NCBI GenBank assembly: GCA_043817155.1
Contig: JBDRHE010000059.1
Span: 97 to 64,096, forward strand
Reading direction: 5' to 3'
Origin: Candidatus Omnitrophota bacterium
Lineage (GTDB): Bacteria > Omnitrophota > Gorgyraeia > JABMRN01 > RBG-13-46-9
DNA length: 64,000 nucleotides
A program made the translations under genes and the position numbers. The notes under the pieces were generated by a model, which did not search any database, was not told where the DNA came from, and was given only the letters and a program-made list of their open reading frames with translations. Below, piece by piece: positions 9,250 through 19,196 of this stretch. Position 1 is the first letter of the stretch. Each line of letters opens with the position of its first letter.

Positions 9250-10233
9250 CTATCCACCGTATTTAAGCTCATCCTTTTTCGCGGGTCTTTGAGTCTCTTT
9301 TGCTATAAAGACCGGGCGATTCTTCGTCTGATCGAATATCCTGCCTACGTATTCGCTCAAAATTCCGATTGTCATAAGCTGTATACTTCCCAGAAAGACA
9401 ACAGCCATCGCCAGAGTCGTCCATCCCGGCGGCATCGGCACAGGAAATATATTGAATATCTTTAGAATCCATATAAGAAGAACTAAAAATATATAAATAA
9501 CTGACGCGCTGAATATGATGAGGCTAAGCAGCATAATAAGATGCAGCGGGTATTTGCCGAACGAAAATATGCCGTCAAGCGCGAGATTGTAGAGCGCCTT
9601 GTAAGAGTATTTGGGTTTGCCGCTGTATCTTTTTTCAACGGTATAAGGAATGCCTATTTGCTTAAAGCCTACCCACCTCACTTGTCCGCGCAAAAACTTA
9701 TGGTATTCCGGCATCTTCAATATTACATTCAGTACCTCCCTGTCAATGAGCCTGAAATCAGACTGTCCAAAATGTAATTCCAGACCCGATATCTTCGATA
9801 TAAACCAATATGCTGTTTTGATGATCCTGTATTTAATAAATGGCAGGTTGGCATTCTTCTTTGTCGTATACACAACTTCGGTCCCTTTCCTCCATAAATC
9901 TATCATTTGAGGGACAATAGACGGCGGATGCTGCAGATCTGCGTCCATGGTAATCACAGCATCGCCCGTGCAATGCATCATGCCGGCAAAGATGGCGTTT
10001 TGGTGGCCAAAGTTTCGTGAAAGTGAAACGTACCCTACTTTCACGTCGCCTCTCTTCAACCTCTTAATTATTTCAATCGAATTGTCTGTACTGCCGTCAT
10101 CCACAAAGATCATTTCGTAGTCAACGTTGGACTGCGAGCATGCCTGCTTAACCTGCGCATAAAGAACCTCTATATTGTCTTCCTCATTAAACACGGGAAC
10201 GACAACTGAGACTTTAGATATGATATTCTTCAT
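9250..10233 (-). CDS. GT2 polyprenol-phosphate glycosyltransferase (GtrB/ArnC-like)
   Basis: VVVPVFNEE, VDDGSTD, LSRNFGHQ, MDADLQHPP, DFRLIDR, two C-terminal TMs, EYVGRIF..K.RP. Confidence 0.95.
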   Translation of the reverse strand: MKNIISKVSVVVPVFNEEDNIEVLYAQVKQACSQSNVDYEMIFVDDGSTDNSIEIIKRLKRGDVKVGYVSLSRNFGHQNAIFAGMMHCTGDAVITMDADLQHPPSIVPQMIDLWRKGTEVVYTTKKNANLPFIKYRIIKTAYWFISKISGLELHFGQSDFRLIDREVLNVILKMPEYHKFLRGQVRWVGFKQIGIPYTVEKRYSGKPKYSYKALYNLALDGIFSFGKYPLHLIMLLSLIIFSASVIYIFLVLLIWILKIFNIFPVPMPPGWTTLAMAVVFLGSIQLMTIGILSEYVGRIFDQTKNRPVFIAKETQRPAKKDELKYGG

Positions 10234-10264
10234 ATTTCGCGCTCCTTATCGTTTGTTTTATAGA

Positions 10265-11794
10265 TTACAGTTCAAATGCTTTTTCGATATTCTCTTCGGT
10301 AGCCTCACAAAAAAACATACTCTTATATTTGTCGGCAACAGCGCGTATCTTCTCGGGCTCATTTTCCAATAAATATTCGATTTTTTCTATTTGCCTTCTC
10401 AGTTCTTCGGGGCTTTTTACTTCTTCCCATATGATACCTTTTCCATACTCCGAAAGCGGGTTGCTGTAATCAAATTGCTTGGTTCCCTTAACCGATATGG
10501 AAGGTATGCCGATACTGGCAGCCTCCACAAGTACGCTGCTGGCGGCGCTTACGACAGCTTTCGCGGTTTTAAAAAGCTTGTAGGTATCTTCGTTCGTCAC
10601 CGTCACGTACGGGGGTATGCGAGACATGAATTTTTCTACCGGTAAAGCCGGATGAGCCTTAAGGAGAATGTTTTGCGAACGGAGGTCCGCGTCAGAAAGC
10701 ATTTGCAGTATATTGTCGGCCTCTTCCTTGAAGCATGGCAGTAACACGACGATGTTCTTCTGGTCTTCTTTCTTCACTACGACATCAAATACTTTCGCGG
10801 ACCGTAAAGACGGTCCAAGCGCGTAATTTAATCTGGTTCCCTCCGGAATATAACTTGGGCCATTGGCGATGATCTTATCGGGTATCACTCCGAAAACCTG
10901 TTCATCCTCATCGGGCAGAATGTACAGATAATCCCTCGGATGTAAGAATAGCTGCGCCCCGTAGATACTGGCCTTCCCCGGTTTTGTCCTAAGGCCCATG
11001 TACAAATTTTTGTGTATGGGTTGATTCTCATACCAGCTTATCAGCTTGATCTTCTCGTAAGGCAGCGTAAGGAGCCTTTTGCCTAAAAGATAGCGTGAAA
11101 AACTGTAAAACGTTACCTGTCCCAGTGTCTCTATTAGTTCGTGCCTGATCAACCTCTCTTTATAGGAGCCTCGTTCCAGTGTTTTTGAAAATCTTAATAC
11201 GCGAAAAGGATACGCAAGCATAAAAATTAAAAGGCTCCGAAGATCGCCAAGCGATAGCATCTGGAATTCGGTTACGATAGGCACCTTCTCCTTCTTTAGT
11301 ATACGGAGGGCATCGTATAACTCGAAGGGTCTTTTATAATAAGAGGCGCTGTAAAAAAACGGGATATAAGCAAAATGCTTATTTTTTTTCTTGAGGACCG
11401 CCTCGAGGCCCGGAAAATAAAAATCATGAAAGCCTTGTGATATTTTAATGCTTTCGATTATAAAACAGATATCAATGGCGATAAGCTCCTCCTTACCGCC
11501 GTCAGGATAAAAACGCAGGCCGGATAAGTAATATTCCAAAAACTTTAAAAGATACATAGCCAAATGCAGGAAGCTTTTAGCGTAATACGTGAAAAGTTTA
11601 CAGGTGACTACCCACCACGGTACATTCGGAAAATCTTTTTTATTCAAAAAGTTACTGATGAAATCATTATTTACGGGGTTTTTGCTTAAAACCTGGTTTG
11701 ATATTAAAAAGATGTCTTTGTATGCCTCCTTATTAATCGAAGATATCGCTTCGTAGGCGGCTTTTATTTCATCTGGCATATTGTTTGTGTCCAT
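10265..11794 (-). CDS. Uncharacterised surface-carbohydrate protein with GT-B-like C-terminus
   Basis: 509 aa; WYENQ, ILLKAHP, AVVSAASSVLVEAASIGIP resemble a GT-B nucleotide-binding domain. Confidence 0.55.
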   Translation of the reverse strand: MDTNNMPDEIKAAYEAISSINKEAYKDIFLISNQVLSKNPVNNDFISNFLNKKDFPNVPWWVVTCKLFTYYAKSFLHLAMYLLKFLEYYLSGLRFYPDGGKEELIAIDICFIIESIKISQGFHDFYFPGLEAVLKKKNKHFAYIPFFYSASYYKRPFELYDALRILKKEKVPIVTEFQMLSLGDLRSLLIFMLAYPFRVLRFSKTLERGSYKERLIRHELIETLGQVTFYSFSRYLLGKRLLTLPYEKIKLISWYENQPIHKNLYMGLRTKPGKASIYGAQLFLHPRDYLYILPDEDEQVFGVIPDKIIANGPSYIPEGTRLNYALGPSLRSAKVFDVVVKKEDQKNIVVLLPCFKEEADNILQMLSDADLRSQNILLKAHPALPVEKFMSRIPPYVTVTNEDTYKLFKTAKAVVSAASSVLVEAASIGIPSISVKGTKQFDYSNPLSEYGKGIIWEEVKSPEELRRQIEKIEYLLENEPEKIRAVADKYKSMFFCEATEENIEKAFEL

Positions 11795-11801
11795 GTGCGT
11801 T

Positions 11802-12443
11802 CTATGTCTCTAATATCTGTTTCAAATTTTTCAAATCCTTGACTTTGACACAATCTATACCGGCGAAAATGGAGCCGTTATCGTTGATCTTCGCGATAAA
11901 ACGCGCGGCGTTTTCCTGCGCGGCTCTATAATCGCTTATAGCGTCTCCGATATATACGGCCCTGGCAGGCTCGATTCCTTCTTTCTTGATGATCGATCTG
12001 ACCATATCGGTTTTTTCATCCGGAGCGCCATAGACACCTTGAAAAAAGCCGTTCAATTTTCGCCTCCGGACAATTTCTCGTATTTCATCTTTTGGCGTTG
12101 CCGATAGCACAAAGCACTTATATTTTTCAGAATACTGTTCCAAAAATTCTCTCGCGCCTTTTACATACGGGCATAAGACCACGTCTTCCATAACAAGATC
12201 GGAGAATTTCCTCGAAAGATCCCGAAACGTATCCTCGTCTAACGGTCGCTTAAGCATCTCTTTGTATATATATATAAATTTTTCATACCGCGATACACCC
12301 TCATGAGCCAGATGGTAATCAACCACTTCCTTCACGATTCTTTCGCCCTCATCTTCAAAGAGCCTGGCAAATGCATCGCGCTTGATATTAAGTGATTCCA
12401 CTATGACACCATCGAAATCAAAAAATATTACCTCTGTATTCAT
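11802..12443 (-). CDS. HAD-superfamily hydrolase/phosphatase
   Basis: FFDFDGVIVES, LSAT, K, YIGDAISD. Start set at ATG 12443. Confidence 0.92.
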   Translation of the reverse strand: MNTEVIFFDFDGVIVESLNIKRDAFARLFEDEGERIVKEVVDYHLAHEGVSRYEKFIYIYKEMLKRPLDEDTFRDLSRKFSDLVMEDVVLCPYVKGAREFLEQYSEKYKCFVLSATPKDEIREIVRRRKLNGFFQGVYGAPDEKTDMVRSIIKKEGIEPARAVYIGDAISDYRAAQENAARFIAKINDNGSIFAGIDCVKVKDLKNLKQILET

Positions 12444-12444
12444 A

Positions 12445-13365
12445 TCACGCCTCGACCGGCCCTTCTTTAACAACGAGCCCATCATGCGTAGAATGCTTAT
12501 TAAGTTCCTCATAAACACTCTGAATGCATTTCAGGATTCCCTGCCCTAGATCAAAATATGATTTACTGACAATCCTTTTCGCCATCTTGGGGGCAAAGAC
12601 ATAGGGCGTTATCTCGTAGTGGTCCGTTTTTCTGGGCGGTCTATATTCGATCTCGATCTTGTTACCCAACATCTCCTTTATCATAAGGAGGAGATCCTTT
12701 ACTTTCATCTGCTGGTTGCCGGTGATAATGGCGTATTGATTGCGATATTCGTCATCAAGTATATCGACGCTTGCCTTTGCCGCATCGTGCACATGAATAT
12801 ATTCGCGTATCTCTTCGCCGTCACCCAGTCTCACAACCTTATTTTCCTGAAGGGCTTCCTTTATCTTCGTGTAGATAAAGTTCCTTTCATCAGCCCGCGG
12901 TCCGTAAAGCGACCCGTAACGAAGTATGGTATACGGAATTCCAAAAATTTCGTTGTAGTCTTCCGCGATAGATTCGCATGCAAGCTTTGTGCTCCTATAA
13001 AACGAGCCTGCCTTGCTGTAAACATAGAGCGAACTCGCGAACACAAAACGCTTGACACCGGATTTGCGGCATGCTTCCAGGATAATGGAATTTCCCAGAA
13101 TATTTGATTTTATGCTGTCCAGAGGCCGTACGCTCGCTTCTCCTATATCGGATATGCCCGCAAAATTATATACAACATCGCACCCTTCGATTGTGTTATG
13201 CACTTTTTTTTCGTCAAGTACATCGCCAAGCACCATTCCCTGAGACTTCTGCAGATATGGCGAGGCCTTAAGGTCGTATATTACAACCCCGTGCCCGGCT
13301 TCCGACAAGACATCAGCAACATGGCTCCCCAGAAAGCCGGAACCTCCAAAAACTGCTATCTTCAT
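12445..13365 (-). CDS. NAD-dependent epimerase/dehydratase
   Basis: GGSGFLG, YRSTK (YxxxK), LRYGSLYGP. Confidence 0.93.
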   Translation of the reverse strand: MKIAVFGGSGFLGSHVADVLSEAGHGVVIYDLKASPYLQKSQGMVLGDVLDEKKVHNTIEGCDVVYNFAGISDIGEASVRPLDSIKSNILGNSIILEACRKSGVKRFVFASSLYVYSKAGSFYRSTKLACESIAEDYNEIFGIPYTILRYGSLYGPRADERNFIYTKIKEALQENKVVRLGDGEEIREYIHVHDAAKASVDILDDEYRNQYAIITGNQQMKVKDLLLMIKEMLGNKIEIEYRPPRKTDHYEITPYVFAPKMAKRIVSKSYFDLGQGILKCIQSVYEELNKHSTHDGLVVKEGPVEA

Positions 13366-13369
13366 ACTA

Positions 13370-14290
13370 TCATCCTCCTTTAACTTTAATCCCCATCCCC
13401 CTCAAGAGGTTAGAAACACATTCCCTCTCCATCTCAATCCTTGCTTCTATTGCATAAGATCCGACGTGAGGTGTCAATATCACATTCTTAAGCTTTTTAA
13501 GCGGCCCTTTATATGGCTCGTTTCTGAAAACATCAAGCGCTGCGCCCATAAGCCTCCCGTTTCTGAGCGCCCGATATAAGGCTTCCTCGTCGATAATCTC
13601 TCCCCGTGATGTATTTATAAGCCACGCGCCTTTTTTTACAATGCGAAGCTCATCCGCGCCAAAAATTTTCTTTTTTCCCGAAACATGAAATGAAATAATG
13701 TCTGCCCAGGCAAGTAATCTTTTAAACGGAAGATACCTCGTGCCGTTTATTTTTCCTTTTACCGCATTATCCGTATATGCTATTTGGCAGCCAAAGGGTT
13801 TTAGAAGTTCAGCAACGTTTCTGCCGATTCTTCCGAAACCCACGATTCCCATCTTCTTCCCGAATAGAAGATGCCCCATTATCTTTTCCCATCTTTCATC
13901 CAAAATAGAGCCATGCATTGCAGGGATCTCTCTTAGGGCATTCAAGATCAATCCTACCGTAAGCTCTGAAACAGCGCGCGTGGGCGCATCAGGGGTATTA
14001 AATATCATTATTCCTTTTTTCTTAGCGGCATTTCTGTCAACATTGTCAAGGCCGCTGCCACACCGGGAAATAACCTTTAGTTCGGACAGCTTGCCTATAA
14101 CCTCAGCGTCTAATGATTCCGTTCCCGCGATAATGCCCTCGGCATCCCCGCAAAGCTCGAGAATCTCTTTTTTCTTCAATTTCCTTTTATGCGGATTTAA
14201 CACTACCTTAAAGCCGTTAGCTTTTAAAAGCTCTAAAGGTCCCTTGTCGTACCGAGCAAAGCTCGTTGTTGTAATAGTAATTTTACTCAT
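13370..14290 (-). CDS. D-isomer-specific 2-hydroxyacid dehydrogenase (phosphoglycerate dehydrogenase-like, no ACT domain)
   Basis: SRCGSGLDNVD, GIVGFGRIG, INTSRG, ALDVF..EP, LTPHVGS. Start set at ATG 14290. Confidence 0.92.
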   Translation of the reverse strand: MSKITITTTSFARYDKGPLELLKANGFKVVLNPHKRKLKKKEILELCGDAEGIIAGTESLDAEVIGKLSELKVISRCGSGLDNVDRNAAKKKGIMIFNTPDAPTRAVSELTVGLILNALREIPAMHGSILDERWEKIMGHLLFGKKMGIVGFGRIGRNVAELLKPFGCQIAYTDNAVKGKINGTRYLPFKRLLAWADIISFHVSGKKKIFGADELRIVKKGAWLINTSRGEIIDEEALYRALRNGRLMGAALDVFRNEPYKGPLKKLKNVILTPHVGSYAIEARIEMERECVSNLLRGMGIKVKGG

Positions 14291-15140
14291 CATGCCCCTT
14301 TCGCCAATCCGAATATTTGGATGACCAGGTGTTGTCTTTTTTGAGAACCATTCCATAAAATCCCTCAAAATCAAATTTTTTCCAAAGGGGCTTTGTAACC
14401 CACAGAAGCCCCCTTTTCGGATATTGCAGATAAACACTTTCATCAACGATCTTCCATCCGGCATGCTTTACAATAAGCTTCCAGTCTTCGGGGCAAAGTT
14501 CGAAAATATGCGTGTTTTCGGCGTTTATCACGTCCTTATGATGTCCTCTTATATGATGCAATCCCACACGGCTTTTTCTAAGATACGGAACGGTGATTAT
14601 AAGCCTCTTTGCGTCTGTTTTTGATGAGAGCTTGTGAAGAAACCCGGCTGGATCCGCAAGGTGCTCTAGTATCTCGAAACATAAAAATAGGTCCGCATTG
14701 ATATTGTGGTCGTTTATATCCTCAGCCCTGGCGTTAATTGCCGTAAGCCCTCTGGCTTTGATCCTTTCGACTGCCTCCGGATCCATATTAACGCTTAAGA
14801 CGTTTATATCTTTCTCTTTTGAATAAAGCCCCATGATGTATTGTAGATGCGTCCCGGCAGAATCACCGATGTCGACTATTGAAGCTTTTTGAAATTCTCT
14901 CATGACTTTGTCTACAAGTGATATTTGAAATGCGTGTGTATTTCGTGCCTTGATCCTTAAAAACTCTGTGTCGAGCGTAAACATCGTATACTGGTTGGTT
15001 ATGTCGGGAACGATCTCTTTCAGCTTCGCGGCTAAAGAAGAGAGCCCCTGCTCCCCGGCGGCCTTTTCAAGCGAATTCCTGCCTATAAAAAATACGACTT
15101 TCTTAATGCAGCTTTTCATCTTTTTCATCTTATTTACCAT
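14283..15140 (-). CDS. Class I SAM methyltransferase-like protein
   Basis: IVDIGDSAG (variant motif I), FEILEHL, IITVP. Confidence 0.75.
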   Translation of the reverse strand: MVNKMKKMKSCIKKVVFFIGRNSLEKAAGEQGLSSLAAKLKEIVPDITNQYTMFTLDTEFLRIKARNTHAFQISLVDKVMREFQKASIVDIGDSAGTHLQYIMGLYSKEKDINVLSVNMDPEAVERIKARGLTAINARAEDINDHNINADLFLCFEILEHLADPAGFLHKLSSKTDAKRLIITVPYLRKSRVGLHHIRGHHKDVINAENTHIFELCPEDWKLIVKHAGWKIVDESVYLQYPKRGLLWVTKPLWKKFDFEGFYGMVLKKDNTWSSKYSDWRKGHDE

Positions 15141-15179
15141 ATTTCTATAACGCAAGCCTTTCAGTTCTTTATCAAAGAT

Positions 15180-15938
15180 TTATTCGCCGCCCGACACGGT
15201 CACAGTCTCATTGGTTATAAAATTGTTTTTTTCGCTCCCCAGATAATAGGCCATGTCTGCGATATCTTTGGGGCTACCCATCTTTTGCAAGGGTATCATA
15301 GCAACCCTTTTTTTCATGTCCTTAGGAAATTTCTTATGAAACCGGGTATCTATCACACCCGGCCGTATTGTATTTACTAAAATGTTGTGCCTGGCGCCTT
15401 CTTTCGCAAGTGTTTTTGTTACCCCTTCCAGCGCCAGCTTAGAACAACCGTAATGCATAGAACGGCTCGATCCCCCGTACTTGGCGGCAATGGAACTTAT
15501 GTTGACGATCCGCCCAAATCGCCTGTTTTTCATATGCTTAAATATATGCGCGCACAGCATCATAGGAGCAAAAGCATTGACCATGAATGTACCCGTGATG
15601 TCCCTCAACGTCAGCTTATTAAAATGTTTGTTCACTGTATAGGTTCCGGCATTGTTGATAGCGCTGTCGATGCCGGATTTACCGAGCCTTTTAACCAGGC
15701 CCATAAGTTGATTTTTGGACGCGAGGTCCGCCCTGATCAACCCGCAATCAACGCCTAGGCGCTCTATCGTCTTCTTTAGCTCCTTCGCTTTTTTTTCCGA
15801 CGAAAAATAGTGACATAACACATTCCAGCCTTCCTCTGCAAAGCGGATACACGTCTCTTTTCCTATGTCACTGGTCGCACCGGTTACAAAAACGGTTTTA
15901 CGTGATCTTGCGCGGTTTTTTAGGTTTTCCATAATCAT
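15180..15938 (-). CDS. Short-chain dehydrogenase/reductase
   Basis: TGATSDIG, INNAG, NISS, YGCSK, PGVIDT. Confidence 0.93.
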   Translation of the reverse strand: MIMENLKNRARSRKTVFVTGATSDIGKETCIRFAEEGWNVLCHYFSSEKKAKELKKTIERLGVDCGLIRADLASKNQLMGLVKRLGKSGIDSAINNAGTYTVNKHFNKLTLRDITGTFMVNAFAPMMLCAHIFKHMKNRRFGRIVNISSIAAKYGGSSRSMHYGCSKLALEGVTKTLAKEGARHNILVNTIRPGVIDTRFHKKFPKDMKKRVAMIPLQKMGSPKDIADMAYYLGSEKNNFITNETVTVSGGE

Positions 15939-15950
15939 TTACTCCTCAAA

Positions 15951-16679
15951 TTATTGTCCGTGTCTTTTAAGCCAATATTCTACCAGCGGCATCTGCCATT
16001 CATAATCTACGTCGAACCCGCCCCATTGTTTTAGCGGATATATTTTTTGCCCCATCCACTTCTGCGGAAGGAGACCTGCCTGGAGATTTTCGAGGCATCG
16101 TGGCCTCACGATAGAGGCCCCCATATCGGCAAACCAGACATCACCCTGCGAGTCTCTGTCGCAATTCAGTGTTTTTGGATCGCCGAAAGCTTCAAATGGC
16201 ACAAACGGCTTTAACAATCCGTCTTCCGCGATCCTTCTTGCTCTCAGCGGACTCCACATGTTATACCGCGATACGGTAACGGCAGAATCGTACTGCGGCT
16301 TGTCTTTCAGAACATTTATCCCTTGAGATAATGTTTCCGACGTAATCGTTGGGGCATTACACATGAGCAAAACTATAAGCTCTATTTGCTCACCCTTGTT
16401 CCTTTCTTTTGCGACTTCGTAGGCGTGAACATAAACATCCTCCCCAAGGGCGCTATCCGCGCATAACCGTGGAGGCCTTTCGATTACTTCCACACCGTTA
16501 GACTTCGCAAGTACCGCAAGGCGGTCATCATCAGTAGAAAGATATATTTTATCCACTAGAGCGCAACCCCTGGCGGCTTTCATCGGGTAACTGGCAAGCG
16601 GCTCTCCTAATACTTTTTTCAAATTCTTTCCGGGAAATCCCTGGCTCATCTTTCTCCCCATAAGTAAAGCAACTATCAT
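15951..16679 (-). CDS. Acylneuraminate/KDO cytidylyltransferase-like protein
   Basis: GRKMSQGFPGKN, STDD, IERP, DVDYEW. SD GAGGTG precedes ATG 16679. Confidence 0.85.
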   Translation of the reverse strand: MIVALLMGRKMSQGFPGKNLKKVLGEPLASYPMKAARGCALVDKIYLSTDDDRLAVLAKSNGVEVIERPPRLCADSALGEDVYVHAYEVAKERNKGEQIELIVLLMCNAPTITSETLSQGINVLKDKPQYDSAVTVSRYNMWSPLRARRIAEDGLLKPFVPFEAFGDPKTLNCDRDSQGDVWFADMGASIVRPRCLENLQAGLLPQKWMGQKIYPLKQWGGFDVDYEWQMPLVEYWLKRHGQ

Positions 16680-16690
16680 TGTCTTACACC

Positions 16691-18184
16691 TCACTTAAAA
16701 TATTTACTAAAATAAATATCCCTTAACTCGCCGAGCATCCGGTCTCCTTCATGCGTTAACCGTTCGGCTACCTTGATGTTATCGAAATAGGTCTTGGGCA
16801 TCTTGACATATAGTGGAAACGTCCTGACGAGCCCCTTTATTTGATCTGGCGGAAACTGCGGCATATTCAGAATGGAGCTCCTCATAAGGTTGGCTGTTTT
16901 TGCCTCTGGATCGAGATACCCCTTATCGATGCAATACTTTCGTAGCGGTATGCCCCTGTAAGGCACAAAGAAATAGGCATTTATGCTATCCGCTTTTATT
17001 TGCCTGTTTAAATTTATCGTATCGAAGACAAGGTCTCTTGTCTCATCGGGAAAGCCGATTATATTATTCACGGTAACAGGGATTCTACTTGTTTCAAGAA
17101 TCGTGAAGGCATCTATGACTTGCTTATTGGTAAAGTTCTTTCTTAAAACGTCTTTTCTGAATTTCTCGTTGCCCTGTTCTATGCCGATCGAGATCCTGTC
17201 GCAGTTCATATCTTCGAGCATCTTTATCTTTTTTTCGGTTATGGTTTCGATCCGCGTCTGGCACCAGAACGGCAACCCTATTTCTCTTATATATTCTTTC
17301 GCGAATTTATCGAGGTCTTCTTCTTCTCTCGCAAAAAATGTTTCGCTGTTGAAATAGATGTAATCGGCTTTATGTTTCTCGATCTGGAATTTCAACTCCT
17401 CGATTATTCTCGGTATCCGCTTTACCCGAAAATACTGGTTTTGACCCGCATCCAGGTACATCTTTCTTTTTAAGGGCGCCGCGCAGAATGAACAATTAAA
17501 CGGGCAACCCCTGTCCACGGAAATAGGTATCATCCGGAATACCTTACCCTGCATCGGCCTGAATAAGCGCTTTTCCTCAAACGCGCTAAAATCTTCATAA
17601 GGAAGATTATCCAAATTCGCGAGTTCTCCGAAAGTATTTTTGTAAATCTTTCCATCTTTTTTTATCCAGAGATTATTTATTGAGGTTATATCCTTATTGT
17701 CCCTTATTTTTACGCAGAGCTCAACCAGGGCTTTTTCTCCCTCGCCTATGCATATGGAATCGACATTTTCATTCTTTATGACCTCTTCCGGAGAGAATGT
17801 CGGACGGACGCCGCCAACTATAACATGCGCACCCTTATCTTTTACGCATGAAACTAAATCTATCCCGAGATCATAGGTATCATCGGTAGAAGAGACCCCT
17901 ATTATATCGGGCGCGTACTCGCAAACGGTCTTCTTGAAATCATCAAATACATCAGCGTCTTTATAGCTGACGCCCTTCTCTTCAAGGTTAAAGGGCCGAA
18001 GCTGCATATGTTCTACCCTTATTTCATCAACACTTTTTTCGGCCGTTCGGTAAAGAGTTGTATCAAATAGCTCTACTTCCATGCCGGCTTCTTTAAGACA
18101 GGCTGATAGTAAAGCTATATTAGTAGGCAAGAGATTCACCATCTGGAGGTTGGGATAGACCAGGAGTACTTTAAATTTACCCAT
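16691..18184 (-). CDS. Cobalamin-binding-domain radical SAM protein
   Basis: KVLLVYP, VGGVRPT, IGEGE, DRGCPFNCSFC, IGIEQG. Start set at ATG 18184. Confidence 0.93.
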   Translation of the reverse strand: MGKFKVLLVYPNLQMVNLLPTNIALLSACLKEAGMEVELFDTTLYRTAEKSVDEIRVEHMQLRPFNLEEKGVSYKDADVFDDFKKTVCEYAPDIIGVSSTDDTYDLGIDLVSCVKDKGAHVIVGGVRPTFSPEEVIKNENVDSICIGEGEKALVELCVKIRDNKDITSINNLWIKKDGKIYKNTFGELANLDNLPYEDFSAFEEKRLFRPMQGKVFRMIPISVDRGCPFNCSFCAAPLKRKMYLDAGQNQYFRVKRIPRIIEELKFQIEKHKADYIYFNSETFFAREEEDLDKFAKEYIREIGLPFWCQTRIETITEKKIKMLEDMNCDRISIGIEQGNEKFRKDVLRKNFTNKQVIDAFTILETSRIPVTVNNIIGFPDETRDLVFDTINLNRQIKADSINAYFFVPYRGIPLRKYCIDKGYLDPEAKTANLMRSSILNMPQFPPDQIKGLVRTFPLYVKMPKTYFDNIKVAERLTHEGDRMLGELRDIYFSKYFK

Positions 18185-19196
18185 TTGCGCCTTCCCTCTC
18201 CTGTAGTTTAAGTATTTCGCTGTCCCTGAGGTAACAGCCATCGCACGAGGGAACTTCGTGAGCCAGGCCACTCTTATGGGCATCTCGCAGCTCCTTAAGT
18301 TTTGCGCATTTCCATGCATGCTTAAGTGTCGTCTTATTTATCTTGCCAAGCTCAAGAAGGCCGTCATCATCATGATTGCAGGGCAAGATGGTGCCGTCCC
18401 ACCAAACGGCCATTCGCTGCCATATTTGAGGACATGCCCACTTAAACGGCACTCCTCTTTTCTTCTCTTTCATCTCTTTATAATCAAGAAGCGCGACTTC
18501 GTTGGCGCGACTTTGCCAGAACTCTTTATAGGTTCCAAAATCCGATTCGATCTCTGGAAGCATCACCGTTTGGATCCTCACCTTGGGATGCTCCACATTC
18601 ATGCTCCTTTTTAGACTGTTTAGCTTCTCGATGTTTGCAAGCACGGTCTCGTATGTCGCGCCCGCCCTGTATCTCTCATACACATCCTTTGTATAGCCTT
18701 CGAAAGATATCGAGATCCTGTCAAGCCCGGCATCGATCAGTTTTCGCGAAATACCTTCGGTAAGGAGCATGGCGTTGGTATTGAAATATACGTCTATGAG
18801 GCCATGTTTTTTCGCGTAGCGCACGAACTCGGCAATGCGGGGATGAAGAAGCGGCTCTCCCCTTATGTTGAACTTAACACCGTATAAATTGTTGTCGGCG
18901 CCTTCATCGATAACGCTTTTCACCGTATCATATGAGATAAGTCCCTTCCTTATCGTCTTACCCCTGAAAGTTGTCGCGCAAAAAGAACATTTCAGATTGC
19001 AGGCGCTTGTTGCCTCAATGTCTATAAAAAGCGGGAAGTCTCCGGCATAAAACCGGAGAGGCCACGTCTGCCATTTTTCGCGATATTCAGCGAATCTCCT
19101 GTCCTTATTCTTCAGTATCTCTTCGCCTGCCACATGGCGGAAATTGGAATTCACCTCGATTGTGGCAAGACCTTTTACACTATATTGCTTATTCAT
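18177..19196 (-). CDS. Radical SAM/SPASM(twitch) protein
   Basis: CNLKCSFC, RGEPLLH, FNTNA, CPQIWQR..PCNHD, CDGC. ATGA overlap at 19193-19196. Confidence 0.93.
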   Translation of the reverse strand: MNKQYSVKGLATIEVNSNFRHVAGEEILKNKDRRFAEYREKWQTWPLRFYAGDFPLFIDIEATSACNLKCSFCATTFRGKTIRKGLISYDTVKSVIDEGADNNLYGVKFNIRGEPLLHPRIAEFVRYAKKHGLIDVYFNTNAMLLTEGISRKLIDAGLDRISISFEGYTKDVYERYRAGATYETVLANIEKLNSLKRSMNVEHPKVRIQTVMLPEIESDFGTYKEFWQSRANEVALLDYKEMKEKKRGVPFKWACPQIWQRMAVWWDGTILPCNHDDDGLLELGKINKTTLKHAWKCAKLKELRDAHKSGLAHEVPSCDGCYLRDSEILKLQEREGANG

